Of a stretch of 64,000 bases of DNA, positions 12,288 to 22,803 are shown in pieces. The stretch is from assembly GCA_000004985.1 (NCBI GenBank), contig GG738878.1; one strand, written 5' to 3'. This DNA comes from Naegleria gruberi (Eukaryota). The stretch's first letter is position 1; each line of letters begins with the position of its first letter. The translations under genes were made by a program, and so were the position numbers. The notes beneath the pieces were generated by a model. The model was given only the letters and a program-made list of their open reading frames with translations. It ran no database searches and had not been told where the DNA came from.

Positions 12288-14470
12288 ATGGAAGAAGAAC
12301 GTGAAGCAACATTAGATTCCGAACCAACAACACGTGTTGTTGTAATTCTAATTGATCACATTAAAAATACTGATGATCAAACAACAACAGCATCGAGATG
12401 TGAATTATTAATGACAAGTAAATTTTCAGAAACAAGGCTTGATTTTCTCTACAAGGAAACTCTTATATATTTAGCTAAAAGATTTGATAGGAAGGATTTT
12501 ATTTCATTATATCACAATGATAGAAAGTTTGTTCTAGCACTATTAAAGAGTGATTGTATTGATGCTGATATTTTACCTCAATTATTAGAATATTTTGCTA
12601 GTTTGATGAAATTAACATCGGAGGATGAAGAAATTATTGCACTCCTAATGATCAAAAACCATTTATCACAAAATCAAGTGAATGGAATGGCACATCTATT
12701 AGAACATAATACAAGATTTCTACATCAAGTTGCTTCTTATGGTTTTTTTCTTGATAAATTAACTGATAGAGATTTTGTAATTGATCTAGTAATGGAGAAA
12801 CCAAAGAGATACAAATCTTTGAGTTCAGATTTGAAAAATGATAGAGAGGTTGCAAAGGCTGCCTTTTCAAAAAGAGGATCTTTGATTACCAATGAATTCT
12901 ACAATGATAGAGAATTACTGCTCATTGCATTGACTAATGATGGTTCAGTCTATTACAACCTTGATGAAGAACTAAAAAATGATTTGGAAATTATTAACAT
13001 TGCTGTCAAAACTTGTCCTGAATTGTTGAGCGAATTGGATTGTTCCTTCTTCAATGATGTTGAATTTTCAGAGAGGGCTGTAAAATTATTGCCAAATGTT
13101 TTAAAATTTGTTCCACAAATATTAGAGGATTTGGAATTAGTTAAAAGGGTTTTTAGTGCTGAAGTTCTTCCTTATTTAAAGTCTATTCACTTGCAAGATG
13201 ATGAAATTAGATCACAAGTTGAGAACCTTGTAAAGGAATGTAAAGAGAATTATACGAGAGCTAGTAGTGATTTGAGAATGGATAAAAAACTTGCACTTTT
13301 AGCTTTAGAAAATGGTGTAAAATTATCCTATATATTAATTCAAGATTATGACTGTTACAAATTGGCTATTACCAAAAATCCTCAAACCATTTTTTTTTGT
13401 GACCCTGAATTCTTAAAAAGTCATTTTGATTTGGTAGATTTGGCATTCTCATTACATGGTCCAATGCTTTATTATGATTTGCCATCAAATATTAAGCATG
13501 ATCCAATTTGTGTAATGAAAATAATTGAGAAAGAACCATCTGTATTCTCAAGTCTTGAAAAGGAATTGAAACAAGATGAACAGGTTTTAAGTTTATATTA
13601 TAGTTTGCTTGATACTTCAAAAGAAACTGTTAAATTGGTGGAAGGAAAGAAATTATATATGAATACTTCTTTTCAAACCAAACCATTTTATGATTTTACA
13701 CCATCTGATTTTTCCAATATCAAACCATTCTCACTTGATACAAGTAATAGTGCTTTTAAATTTGGATTATCAAATACATCAAATACTGCTACTACAAGTA
13801 CAAGTACAACAACCACCAACAATGGTGAATTAGTGAATCCATTTGCCAATAAGAATCCATTCTCCCTCACTTCATTCACAATAGTTCATCAACTAATACC
13901 ATGAATCCATTCTCAAAACCAGTCATTTCAAAAACTCTTACTTTACAAGAAGAGATTCATTTATCAAATGATAAGAATTTTCTTAAACAAGTTTTTGAAA
14001 AGGATGCATTCTTATTTAGATATTGTAATGAAAATTTAAAAAAGGATCAGGAATTTATTCTTGAATTAATGACCAAGCATACAGGAGCAATTTTCCAATT
14101 TGCTGATAATTCTTTGAAAGAAGATAAGGATTTTGTTTTAAAGGCCATTCCTATTTCTGTTACAGTTTCCAAATTTATTTCTCCCAATTTGAAAGAAGAT
14201 AAGGAAATTATTTTGAAAGCATTGAAAACATCACCTGTTGCCTATGCATTCTTTGATAATTCTGTTCTATTTTGTGGAGATCAGGATATTGCTTATAGGG
14301 CTGTTAAATCAAATCTCCATATTCTTAAAACTATTAGTATTGATTATTTTAAGGATCGTAAATTTGTCTCTCAATTATTCAAGTTAATGTTTAGAAAGAA
14401 AAAGTACAAGAAGAAGAAGAATGGAAATAATCAAAAAACAACAACAACTAATAGTACTACTACTAATTAG
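12288..14470 (+). CDS. DUF4116-repeat protein. It is encoded as two ORFs in different frames (12288..13904 and 13901..14470) joined by an apparent -1/+2 frame break.
   Basis: Both ORFs are built from repeated helical modules of about 28 aa (LKNDxEvvlxAvxxxgxaLxyas pattern, DUF4116-like). ORF1 ends ...NPFANKNPFSLTSFTIVHQLIP*. ORF2 begins MNPFSKPV, with its ATG overlapping the ORF1 TGA as ATGA at 13901-13904. The NPF motif repeats across the junction. No GT..AG intron of correct phase fits, so a 1-nt indel (assembly error or real) is likely. Confidence 0.5.
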
Positions 14471-14637
14471 TACTAGCAACTACTGCAACTACTAGTATTG
14501 TATTATAAAGATGATAATCATCTATTTCTCCGTGTTAATAGTTTAGTATTTCAATATTATTATTAAGAGATACCTGATATCTTTTATAAAATTAATTTAA
14601 ACCTATTGTGATAAATTAGCAGTTTACCTTCCATAAC

Positions 14638-14653
14638 CGGAGGTAGACCTCCG
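14638..14653. promoter_or_regulatory. Perfect 16-bp palindrome CGGAGGTAGACCTCCG, followed by a 10-bp palindrome CACACGTGTG at 14670-14679, lying 55 and 30 bp upstream of the 7TM-RGS gene ATG
   Basis: Inverted repeats read directly from sequence. CACGTG is an E-box core. This stretch is unusually GC-rich for an intergenic region here. Confidence 0.25.
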
Positions 14654-14707
14654 ATCGTTTTCGTGTTGACACACGTGTGAAAGAAAGATTTCAATATTCA
14701 TTAAAAA

Positions 14708-17002
14708 ATGAAACTATTTACTATTGTGCTGCTTGTTATCTTTGCATCTTTGTGTTATTGTGAAGAGTTATCCATTCATCATCATCATCATCACTACTCA
14801 ACATCTACATCAACAATGTATAGTACTATTGATGGAGATATCTCTTCAACTACTAGTACTACTAATCTAACTATTTGGGAAAGAAAATACTATGAAATAG
14901 ACCCTTCGAATTATGTTTACTTTCCTTCACTTTATATGAAAGCATACATGTGGAAGGATAATCCCAAATTACAATCACTATTACAATCAACATTTAGAAA
15001 TATAACTAACAAGGATGATTTTATTAGTGTGTTAAAAGACCAATCATTGAATAATGGTCAAGAATCAACTTTAAAAATAGGAGCAATTCTATATAATAAT
15101 GAAGATGATAGAGCTTTCTATAAACGATTCATTCGTGATTTTCTAAAATTTCACAATATTTCACATGTACAACCATTGATTAGTTATACTACTTATAATT
15201 TAGGTACATGTCAACCTAATGTATTTGATGTATTTGACATTGTCATTTCTACCAATTTCATGTTTTATCAATTAATAAGAGTTCATAGAAGTGGTGATAG
15301 AAAATCTCAAGGTTTTTATTCAATTTCTGATTTTTCATCCATTTACTTGGAACCCTTAGTAATATTTCAAGGTAATAGAAAAGAATTGACACTTTCAGAT
15401 TTTAATTCTTACAAATCTCGAGGTCAATTCTATGAAAGACCTAATTGTCTCAATCAAAATACTTTAAATATTGTTGCTAATTATGAATCTTCTGTAGAAT
15501 ATGATTTGAGAATTTTGAGTGGAGAAAATGGGACATTCTTTCATTCATCAGAATTGAAATTTTTAAATCAATTCAATAAGGAAGTTCTACAATTAGTTCC
15601 TCAGAATGTTTCAAATTCATGGATGAAACAAATTATTCAATTTTATAATATTAATGATAATGATATTACTAGTAATAATACATTAATCTATCAATCATTT
15701 CTCATTCCAGAATGTGCTGTTTGTAAGGCAGATTTTTGTGAGGATTTTAATTTTTATGAAGTTGATTATTGGATTATTCCAATGACACTTTTAGTAATTA
15801 TACATTATATTGTATTATTTACATCTAAGGCATTTATGACACCAGCTCTGAAAATTCGATTATTGGTTCCTTATATGCCTATTTTTGCTTTATATTTTGA
15901 GGTTCAATCAATTTTAGTATTTGGAAGGAGTTGTGCTGCTGCTAGGTTTATAGTTGTTGGTTATTTAATTACATGGTATTTACTAACATATTCTTTTACC
16001 ATATTTAGAGTTTACTATTTGAGAAATTTGTATCACTTTATTAGTAGTTCTGGAAAAAGTCTAGAAGATTCAAAACAAAGAATTAGATTTCAAAGAAAAA
16101 TAGTCAATCCATGGGTTGGTGCCTTAATTACTTGTGGAGCAGCCTTGCTATTTGCCTTAATTCTTGGAAGTCCATTCTTACTCATTATTAGTTATGTTGA
16201 TGACATTTTTAGAAATAGAGTACTTATTATTAATGCACTCATTGGATTCTATTTTGGACTTGGTTGTTTAATTGGAGGTATTGCAATTATAATTGACTTG
16301 ATTATTAATCGTCAAAAATTGAAAGAAAAAGGATTGAGACACATTTTATTCTTTGATGATCCATTCTTAATTAGATTGGAAGTTATTTTACTTTCACTTG
16401 TTATCATTTTTATTATTTTAATTACAATTTTCACAGGTGCTGGCAATGGACATGTGGAGAGAGCCTTTAGATTTGTAATTTATGTTATTGTCATTCTCAA
16501 CTCGGGATTATTGACTAGTTTTAAACATATTATTACTCAATTTTCTAATAGAAAATCACACAATGAAGCATCTAAATTGGAAGTTTATTTGAGAAATGAT
16601 GCTTTTAAAATTTTAATGAGGGAATATTGTGTGAAGGAAATGTCAGTTGAGAATTATAATTGTTACATCTTTTTGGAACAGATAAGAGAGCGGAAGGATC
16701 AAACTATTGATTTGGAAACAATTAAAGAGTTTGAGAGGAATTTCATTTCAGTGAATTCTATTTACGAGTTGAATATTCCATCACAAGTAAGAAAATCATT
16801 TCATCAATTATTGAAACAAGTTGAAGATTTGGGTAAAAACAATAATAATTCACCTCCGCCAAAATATTCAGATCTATTGGAGACACTTCTCTTTAGTATT
16901 CTCACTAATTTGGGAGATACTCACAATAGATTGGAATCAACTAAGGAATATAAGGTTTGGCAGGAAGTCTACGAAATCCAAGCTAAATCATCAATACATT
17001 AA
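14708..17002 (+). CDS. Seven-transmembrane receptor-like protein with a C-terminal RGS domain (7TM-RGS fusion)
   Basis: Single 764-aa ORF. It has an N-terminal signal peptide MKLFTIVLLVIFASLCYC, a His6 tract and a large Thr/Ser-rich ectodomain. A cluster of about 7 hydrophobic helices follows (WIIPMTLLVIIHYIVLF through to IFTGAGNGHVERAFRFVIYVIVIL). The C-terminal RGS box FKILMREYCVKEMSVENYNCYIFLEQI matches the F..FL..EFSEENL.FW consensus. Confidence 0.7.
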   Translation: MKLFTIVLLVIFASLCYCEELSIHHHHHHYSTSTSTMYSTIDGDISSTTSTTNLTIWERKYYEIDPSNYVYFPSLYMKAYMWKDNPKLQSLLQSTFRNITNKDDFISVLKDQSLNNGQESTLKIGAILYNNEDDRAFYKRFIRDFLKFHNISHVQPLISYTTYNLGTCQPNVFDVFDIVISTNFMFYQLIRVHRSGDRKSQGFYSISDFSSIYLEPLVIFQGNRKELTLSDFNSYKSRGQFYERPNCLNQNTLNIVANYESSVEYDLRILSGENGTFFHSSELKFLNQFNKEVLQLVPQNVSNSWMKQIIQFYNINDNDITSNNTLIYQSFLIPECAVCKADFCEDFNFYEVDYWIIPMTLLVIIHYIVLFTSKAFMTPALKIRLLVPYMPIFALYFEVQSILVFGRSCAAARFIVVGYLITWYLLTYSFTIFRVYYLRNLYHFISSSGKSLEDSKQRIRFQRKIVNPWVGALITCGAALLFALILGSPFLLIISYVDDIFRNRVLIINALIGFYFGLGCLIGGIAIIIDLIINRQKLKEKGLRHILFFDDPFLIRLEVILLSLVIIFIILITIFTGAGNGHVERAFRFVIYVIVILNSGLLTSFKHIITQFSNRKSHNEASKLEVYLRNDAFKILMREYCVKEMSVENYNCYIFLEQIRERKDQTIDLETIKEFERNFISVNSIYELNIPSQVRKSFHQLLKQVEDLGKNNNNSPPPKYSDLLETLLFSILTNLGDTHNRLESTKEYKVWQEVYEIQAKSSIH

Positions 17003-17176
17003 GCACTCTTAAAGTTAGTCCACCATTAGTGTTATCAAATATAGTTTGCCATATTATGAACTCGATTAATCGTTGGATAGAAAAATGTTAGAGGCTTTGA
17101 TAATAATTTCTCCATCGCGAATACTCTTCACCTCTGTAATCTACGTGGCCTTAATTAAATTTCTTCATCAAAAAAA

Positions 17177-18693
17177 ATGGCCATCTCTCAATTCTATATT
17201 CTCTCCACTAGAGGTGATAAAATTATTGCAAGGGATTGTACGTAATTTTGAATGAATCAATTACTTATATATGAAAAGATCGTTATGATATTGTAAAGGG
17301 ATCTGAGGAAATTTTCTTCAGAAAGATAAAGAGTATGGATAGTGAAGGGTTCCCTGTATTTGTAAGTTATCAAGGCTTGTTTTTAATCATGATGAAATTA
17401 TTGAAGGAAGTACAAGGAATTCAATTTGTTTCCCTCAAAAAGAGTAACATGTATTTTGTAATTACTACTAGAAATAACGTTTCCGCCATCACTTATATTC
17501 AATTCCTTGCCAGAATATCAAACCTTATTAGAGATTTTTGTGGTACTTTGAATGAAGAGAGTGTGAGGCAAAACTTTACATTAATCTATGAAATTCTTGA
17601 TGAAATTATAGATAACGGTTTCATTCAGGACTGTAACACCAAATTACTTAAAAGCTTTATATCTAATGAACCTGTTGAAGTTGAACAACAATCATCAATT
17701 CTTCAAACTTTATCAAACACCTTCTCAGTAAGTATTCTACTATTTACCATTGATATTCAATAACAATCTTTCCAGTTAACCGAACAAAGAACAGTTAATA
17801 GTACCGCTGCAGCAAGACCTATTCAAGGCGGACAAAATAAGAAGAGTGAATTGTTTCTTGATGTTCTTGAAAAGATTAATGTTACATTTTCATCAGCAGG
17901 CAATGTTTTGAATTCGGAAATAGTTGGATCTATTATAATGAAATCTTTCATTCCAGGTGATCCACTCATCAAGTTGGGATTAACTGAAGGATTAGTAATT
18001 TCATCTGAAGAGAATAGACCTTATGGTACTGTTGTTCTGGATTATGTTAAATTCAGTGAATATGTTGACTTGAGAGAATTTGAACAATCTCGTGTTTTGA
18101 GTCTTTATCCTCCTGATGGAGAATTTAGTGTTATGGATTATAGAGTTTCAAAAGAGTATAATGTACCATTTAGAATTACACCTTATGTTACTAAGGAATC
18201 TCAATTCAAAGTTAAATTATTGGTAACATTGAGAAATGAACTCCCAGCAACTAAACAAGCAACAAATGTAGTGGTTAGAATTCCAGTTCCAAAGGATACT
18301 GCCACTGTTAGTGTTGAATTTGGTGTTGGTCAACAAAACAGTTATGAATATAATGCAGCTGATCAAGTAGTTTTGTGGGGAATTAAGAAATTCCCAGGTT
18401 CATTGGAACAAGTTATTAAGATTAATGTTGTAACAAATAGTGCCATCACATATGCCTTGTCACCACAAATGGGACCAGTTGGTATGAGATTTGAAATTCC
18501 AATGCACAATTGTAGTGGTCTTGAAGTTAAATATCTTAAGGTTGTTACCCCAACCTCTTTGGCTACTCCAAAGAAGTCAACTGAACGTAAGTTTCATTTA
18601 ATTTTAAAATATTTACCATTTTTAAAAGCTTCTCGTTATGTGAGATGTATAACACAAGCTGGAAGTTATCTTTGTAGAGTAAATTGCGATTAA
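17177..18693 (+). CDS. apm4: AP-4 adaptor complex mu subunit
   Basis: Four exons: 17177..17237, 17279..17727, 17776..18586 and 18629..18693. The N-terminus MAISQFYILSTRGDKIIARD|YRYDIVKG...FFRKI aligns with human AP4M1 [23 protein letters not shown]...FYRKL. KSELFLDVLEKI matches KNEVFLDVVERL, KLGLTEGL matches RIGLTEEF, and IPMHNCSGLEVKYLKV matches LPRHTCSGLQVRFLRL. Intron 1 is only 41 nt (17238..17278). Confidence 0.8.
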
Positions 18694-18728
18694 GAATTTT
18701 GTGTATTAAAGTAAAATATTATTGAAAA

Positions 18729-20691
18729 TTAAATCTTTGAAAAAACTTTTGAAATATCTCTTTCGTTTCTAATAAATTCATCAGTTTGTAATAAGTGTTG
18801 AGTTTGAGCTTGTTGCTCTAATACTCGTTTCATGACATTACTCAAATCATCGGTTTGTGTCTTGATAAATTGTAATTGTTCCATAATATCTTTAGAAATT
18901 AATTGAGGAACAATATTAGGATTATTCAAATCAATCTCACTATGGAAGAGACATTTTTCTAATTCAATATTCTTCTCTAATCTATTTAGAATGTTGTTAG
19001 TATAATTAATTATTATTACTTACACTTTCCCAATCATTAAATTCAATTCTAATTTTAATGCATGAATCTCCTTTTTAGTTTCATTAATAGTATGTCGTAG
19101 AGCTTCCGATAAATTTTGAGTTTTTAAAGGAGCTATATTCGAGTAATGAGTGAAATATTGATATTGACAGTACTTACAATTCGAAATAAAATTCTGAAAA
19201 TCATTTGATAAAATTGAATTCAAATCTGAATGTATCGAGTAGAGTGATGACGATACATCCTCCGAATTTGATAATTCTTCTTGTTGCTTATCAATCAACT
19301 GAATTTCACTCAATCTCTGATAATGGTATAATCTAGTTTCAAATCCTTGTAAAATTTCATTTAATTCAATTATTATACAGTTAATTAATAAATAGTCCTT
19401 ATAAATATTTGTATATTCCATATTAAAACATTCGTTTAACAACCTTAGAGTTGAATATCTTGTCAGTACATGATTAACTATCATGTTTAATTCTTCATTT
19501 CTTTTTTGTTCAAAATCTATTTTCTTAATATAATCTTGATTAATTACATTTACAGAATTCAATTCTGTTAAATCCTTTACCAGAATAGGTATATCATTTG
19601 TTATATATTGTAAAACAATTGATTTCAAATTAGCTACCTGTTTCTTAGTCTTTTCAATATTCTCAATTATTGTAGAAATATCCAAATGTTGATAATTATG
19701 TAAATGTTCTTTTTGATTATTTGCACTTTCTAATGATGCCTGTAACTTTTTATATGACGTTAAACTTGTTAAATATTGTTCCTCCGTTGTTTTATATCTA
19801 TATTAATGTGGTTAATATGATGATTGTTGATTATTATTGAATGAATACTCACATGGATGATAATCTGTTCAATTCCTTGGAGTGCTTTTCTAAATTATCC
19901 TCACCAGCATCATTTTCATTAAATTTATCCATTAATTGTTTCAGATTTTCTTCAACCATTCCATCATTTTCTAAATTCAATTCAGTTAAATTTAAGAGAG
20001 AATGATTAGAAAGCGCCTTCACATATTCTTCAACACTATTCTTAACTTGAGTCAGTATTCTAGTAAATTCCAAATTTTTCATTGAAATAGATTGAACATT
20101 CTTTAATTGTTTTTCTCCCAACTTTTCAAAATAATGTTTTAATTTATCTTTTTGAATTTTTTTCTTTTCTAATTGATTTTCCAGTATATCCAATTCTTCA
20201 TTCAATAATTCCAACTCCTTCTCTAAATCTTCAATAGGAGTTTCATCTTTATTTCTATAAAAATCATCACCCAATTCAAGTGCTTGTTCCAAATCATGTC
20301 CATGTAATATTCTTCCTTGTTTTTCCAATTCTTCAAACTCTTTAATTTCATTCTCTGTCAAGATCATGGATTCTGATTTAATAATATTACATAATTTTAA
20401 TATAAAACTTGTTGATGTTTCATTGCAATGAAAAATCCAATCAAGAACACTCGGGTCCACTGGTAAATTAAAGCCTTCTTCCTTTGATGAAGGATATGTT
20501 TCCAAATCACCATAATTCAACTTTCGTAATAAGAGATGAAGTAATTTCCCTTCCGAAGATGATGATGAAGATCCACTACCACCACTACCACTATTATGAT
20601 CAATAGCACCTCGACGAGACATTGAAGAAGAATTAAACTTTAACATTTTTTTGTTGGTGGAAATTGAATTAAATTTTGGCGGGAAAGTCAA
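18729..20691 (-). CDS. Coiled-coil protein of unknown function, 3 exons
   Basis: Exons are 20691..19852, 19797..19024 and 18981..18729. The donors are GTGAGT and GTAAGT and the introns are 54 and 42 nt. The three listed ORFs (19849..20691, 19020..19685, 18729..18929) join in frame. The product is predicted to be largely alpha-helical/coiled-coil with an N-terminal Ser/Gly-rich stretch. Confidence 0.5.
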
Positions 20692-20851
20692 AGATGAAAT
20701 ATTGAATCAACCTAATATAATATTAGAAGAGTATCTTCATGCAATGTTAAATTCATTACAATCTTTAAATTTCCTTCGAAATGTCCTCTTTTTATATTTC
20801 TAATTGAAACCAACAGCATCAAGTTGATAATAAATTTCAAAGCCTAAAAAA

Positions 20852-22736
20852 ATGTCAACCGTAGAAAGATCGTTATCATCATCATCGGAACATGTGGATC
20901 CTATTCTACAAATAATTATTATGGAATTTACTCCATTGGTTGATGAATCGATTATTAGAGATTTATATTTGGAGAATGGATGTGATTTTGATAAAACTAT
21001 CAATGAAGTATGTTTTTTAATATTTTAATTATTATTCATCATTAAATATTGATGAATATGTTCATGATCATCAACATTCATACGCCAATTATAATGTCAT
21101 CAACATTCATAACAATTTAATGATCATCATTTAGTTATATTTCATCTTGTCATCTAATGATCCTTCTATTTCGGATATAGAATCCAATGCAGATTCTCTA
21201 AATAATATTTCTAATGTGGCAACATTTAGTGATAGTGATAATTATCAAGATTTTTCACTTCATTCACCAATTAATAGAGATGATGAAAACAATGTATTAC
21301 TACTTTACCATATGTTTAAAGATATTAAAAGTGGAGATGAAGATTTAATTGAAAAGGATTTTATTCAATTTTTATATGAAGAGAATGACAAGGATTTATT
21401 TCAAACTATGGAAGTATTACGTAGAGCATTATGTAGTCAATATGATGATATTTCTATTCCAGAAACTAGTGTAAATAATAATCAAAAACAACCTTCATCG
21501 TTATTTGCTGCAATTGAACGAAATAAGCCACTTAGTGAAATGGCACGAGAATTACCAGTGTATTTTATAGTAGAAGATGAACAAGAAAAGAAAAAGAAAC
21601 AAAAACAAAAGCAAAAACAGAAAACAAGCGAAAAGAAAAAGAAGGTTGAAATGGAAACTAAGGACAAACAACAAAAAATGAAACAATTATGTGAAATATT
21701 CCCAAATATTGACAGATCCATGATAGAATCTCAGTTAATTGCTAGTAATTTCAGTGTTGAAGAAGCTACCTTGTATATTTTAAATCAAACCACTAAATCA
21801 TCTGGTAATAATCAAAAGAAGAAACCTAGTAATAATGGTAGAGGTGTTGTAAGAAACGATTTACTTGTTGGTGGGTCTAGATGGAGTACTAATAGTGGCT
21901 CTATTTCTCCAACCTCTACTCCTAAGTCAAACCTCAGTTTGCAAATGAAAAAACAAAAATTATCCGATCTTATCAAAGGAAAGGGTGTATCTCTCGAGTT
22001 TGCAACTGAAATTTTTGCTCAATGCAATGAAAACTTGACCAATACCATTGAAACACTTGCAGAAATGTATCCTAATCAATTTAAGAATCAATCATCTAGT
22101 GAAGATTTACTAATCAAGCCAACTAGTCAAGAAGTTATCTATGGTACCACTATTGGTCCACAATCAGCTGTTTTACCATCCAATATTGTAAATGTTAATG
22201 AGAATAATTCTAGAAATCAATCAAGAATTGCATTGGATGAGCTTATGCAAAAGAGAAAGCATTTCCAACTACCTGACTTGGTTGACACTGAATCTAGTTA
22301 TTTGCAAGCATCTAATCAATATACAAAATTAAGAGATAAGTTTATGGAGCTTGCTGTCAGAGCACAACAAAATGGAAATTATGGATTGGCGACAAACTAC
22401 ATGTCTAAAGCAAGACAATACTCAATAATTGTTGAAAATTGTCATGATAGAGCAAATGAAATTTCAGTAAGAGAGCAAACAGGAGGAAAGATGATAACAA
22501 GGCCAAGAAATCTCGATTTGCATGGTTTGGTTTTACAAGATGCCTTGGAAACATTAGAAGAATTCCTTAACAAGATGAGAAATTCATGTGAGAAGGTTAA
22601 TATTATTACAGGTTCAGGAAAACACTCCAAGAACAACCAGCCTGTTTTGTTACCTGCAGTTAATCAATACTTGTTAGAAAATGGATATGATTTTAAACAG
22701 CTAGGAAAAGGTGTGTTCCAAGTTAAATTCAGATAG
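20852..22736 (+). CDS. CUE-domain and Smr-domain protein (yeast Cue2 / human N4BP2 / NONU-1-like candidate no-go-decay endonuclease)
   Basis: Exon 1 is 20852..21007 and encodes CUE-like ILQIIMEFTPLVDESIIRDLYLENGCDFDKTINE; a GTATGT donor follows. The intron is 21008..21134. Exon 2 is 21135..22736. A second CUE-like segment is LCEIFPNIDRSMIESQLIASNFSVEEATLYIL. The C-terminal Smr domain is LDLHGLVLQDALETLEEFL...VNIITGSGKHSKNNQPVLLPAVNQYL. A (AAACAA)n-encoded KQKQKQ tract lies at about 21600. Confidence 0.7.
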
Positions 22737-22803
22737 TAGTAAATGGAATTTTAATTTTTCTAACAGCCATTTTCAAGTGAATCTCTGAATTATTACGGAA
22801 ACA

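Noticed and set aside
13842-13893. 52-nt GTGAAT...CAATAG candidate intron joining the two DUF4116 ORFs
   Set aside because: Its length mod 3 gives the wrong phase, since frame A to C needs L=2 mod 3. It is not AT-rich like the other introns. The NPF repeat pattern instead argues for a 1-nt indel.
17073-17255. 60-aa plus ORF 17073-17255 as a separate small gene
   Set aside because: It spans the 5' UTR and first exon of apm4 in a different frame. The in-frame apm4 exon 1 (MAISQFYILSTRGDKIIARD) aligns with AP4M1.
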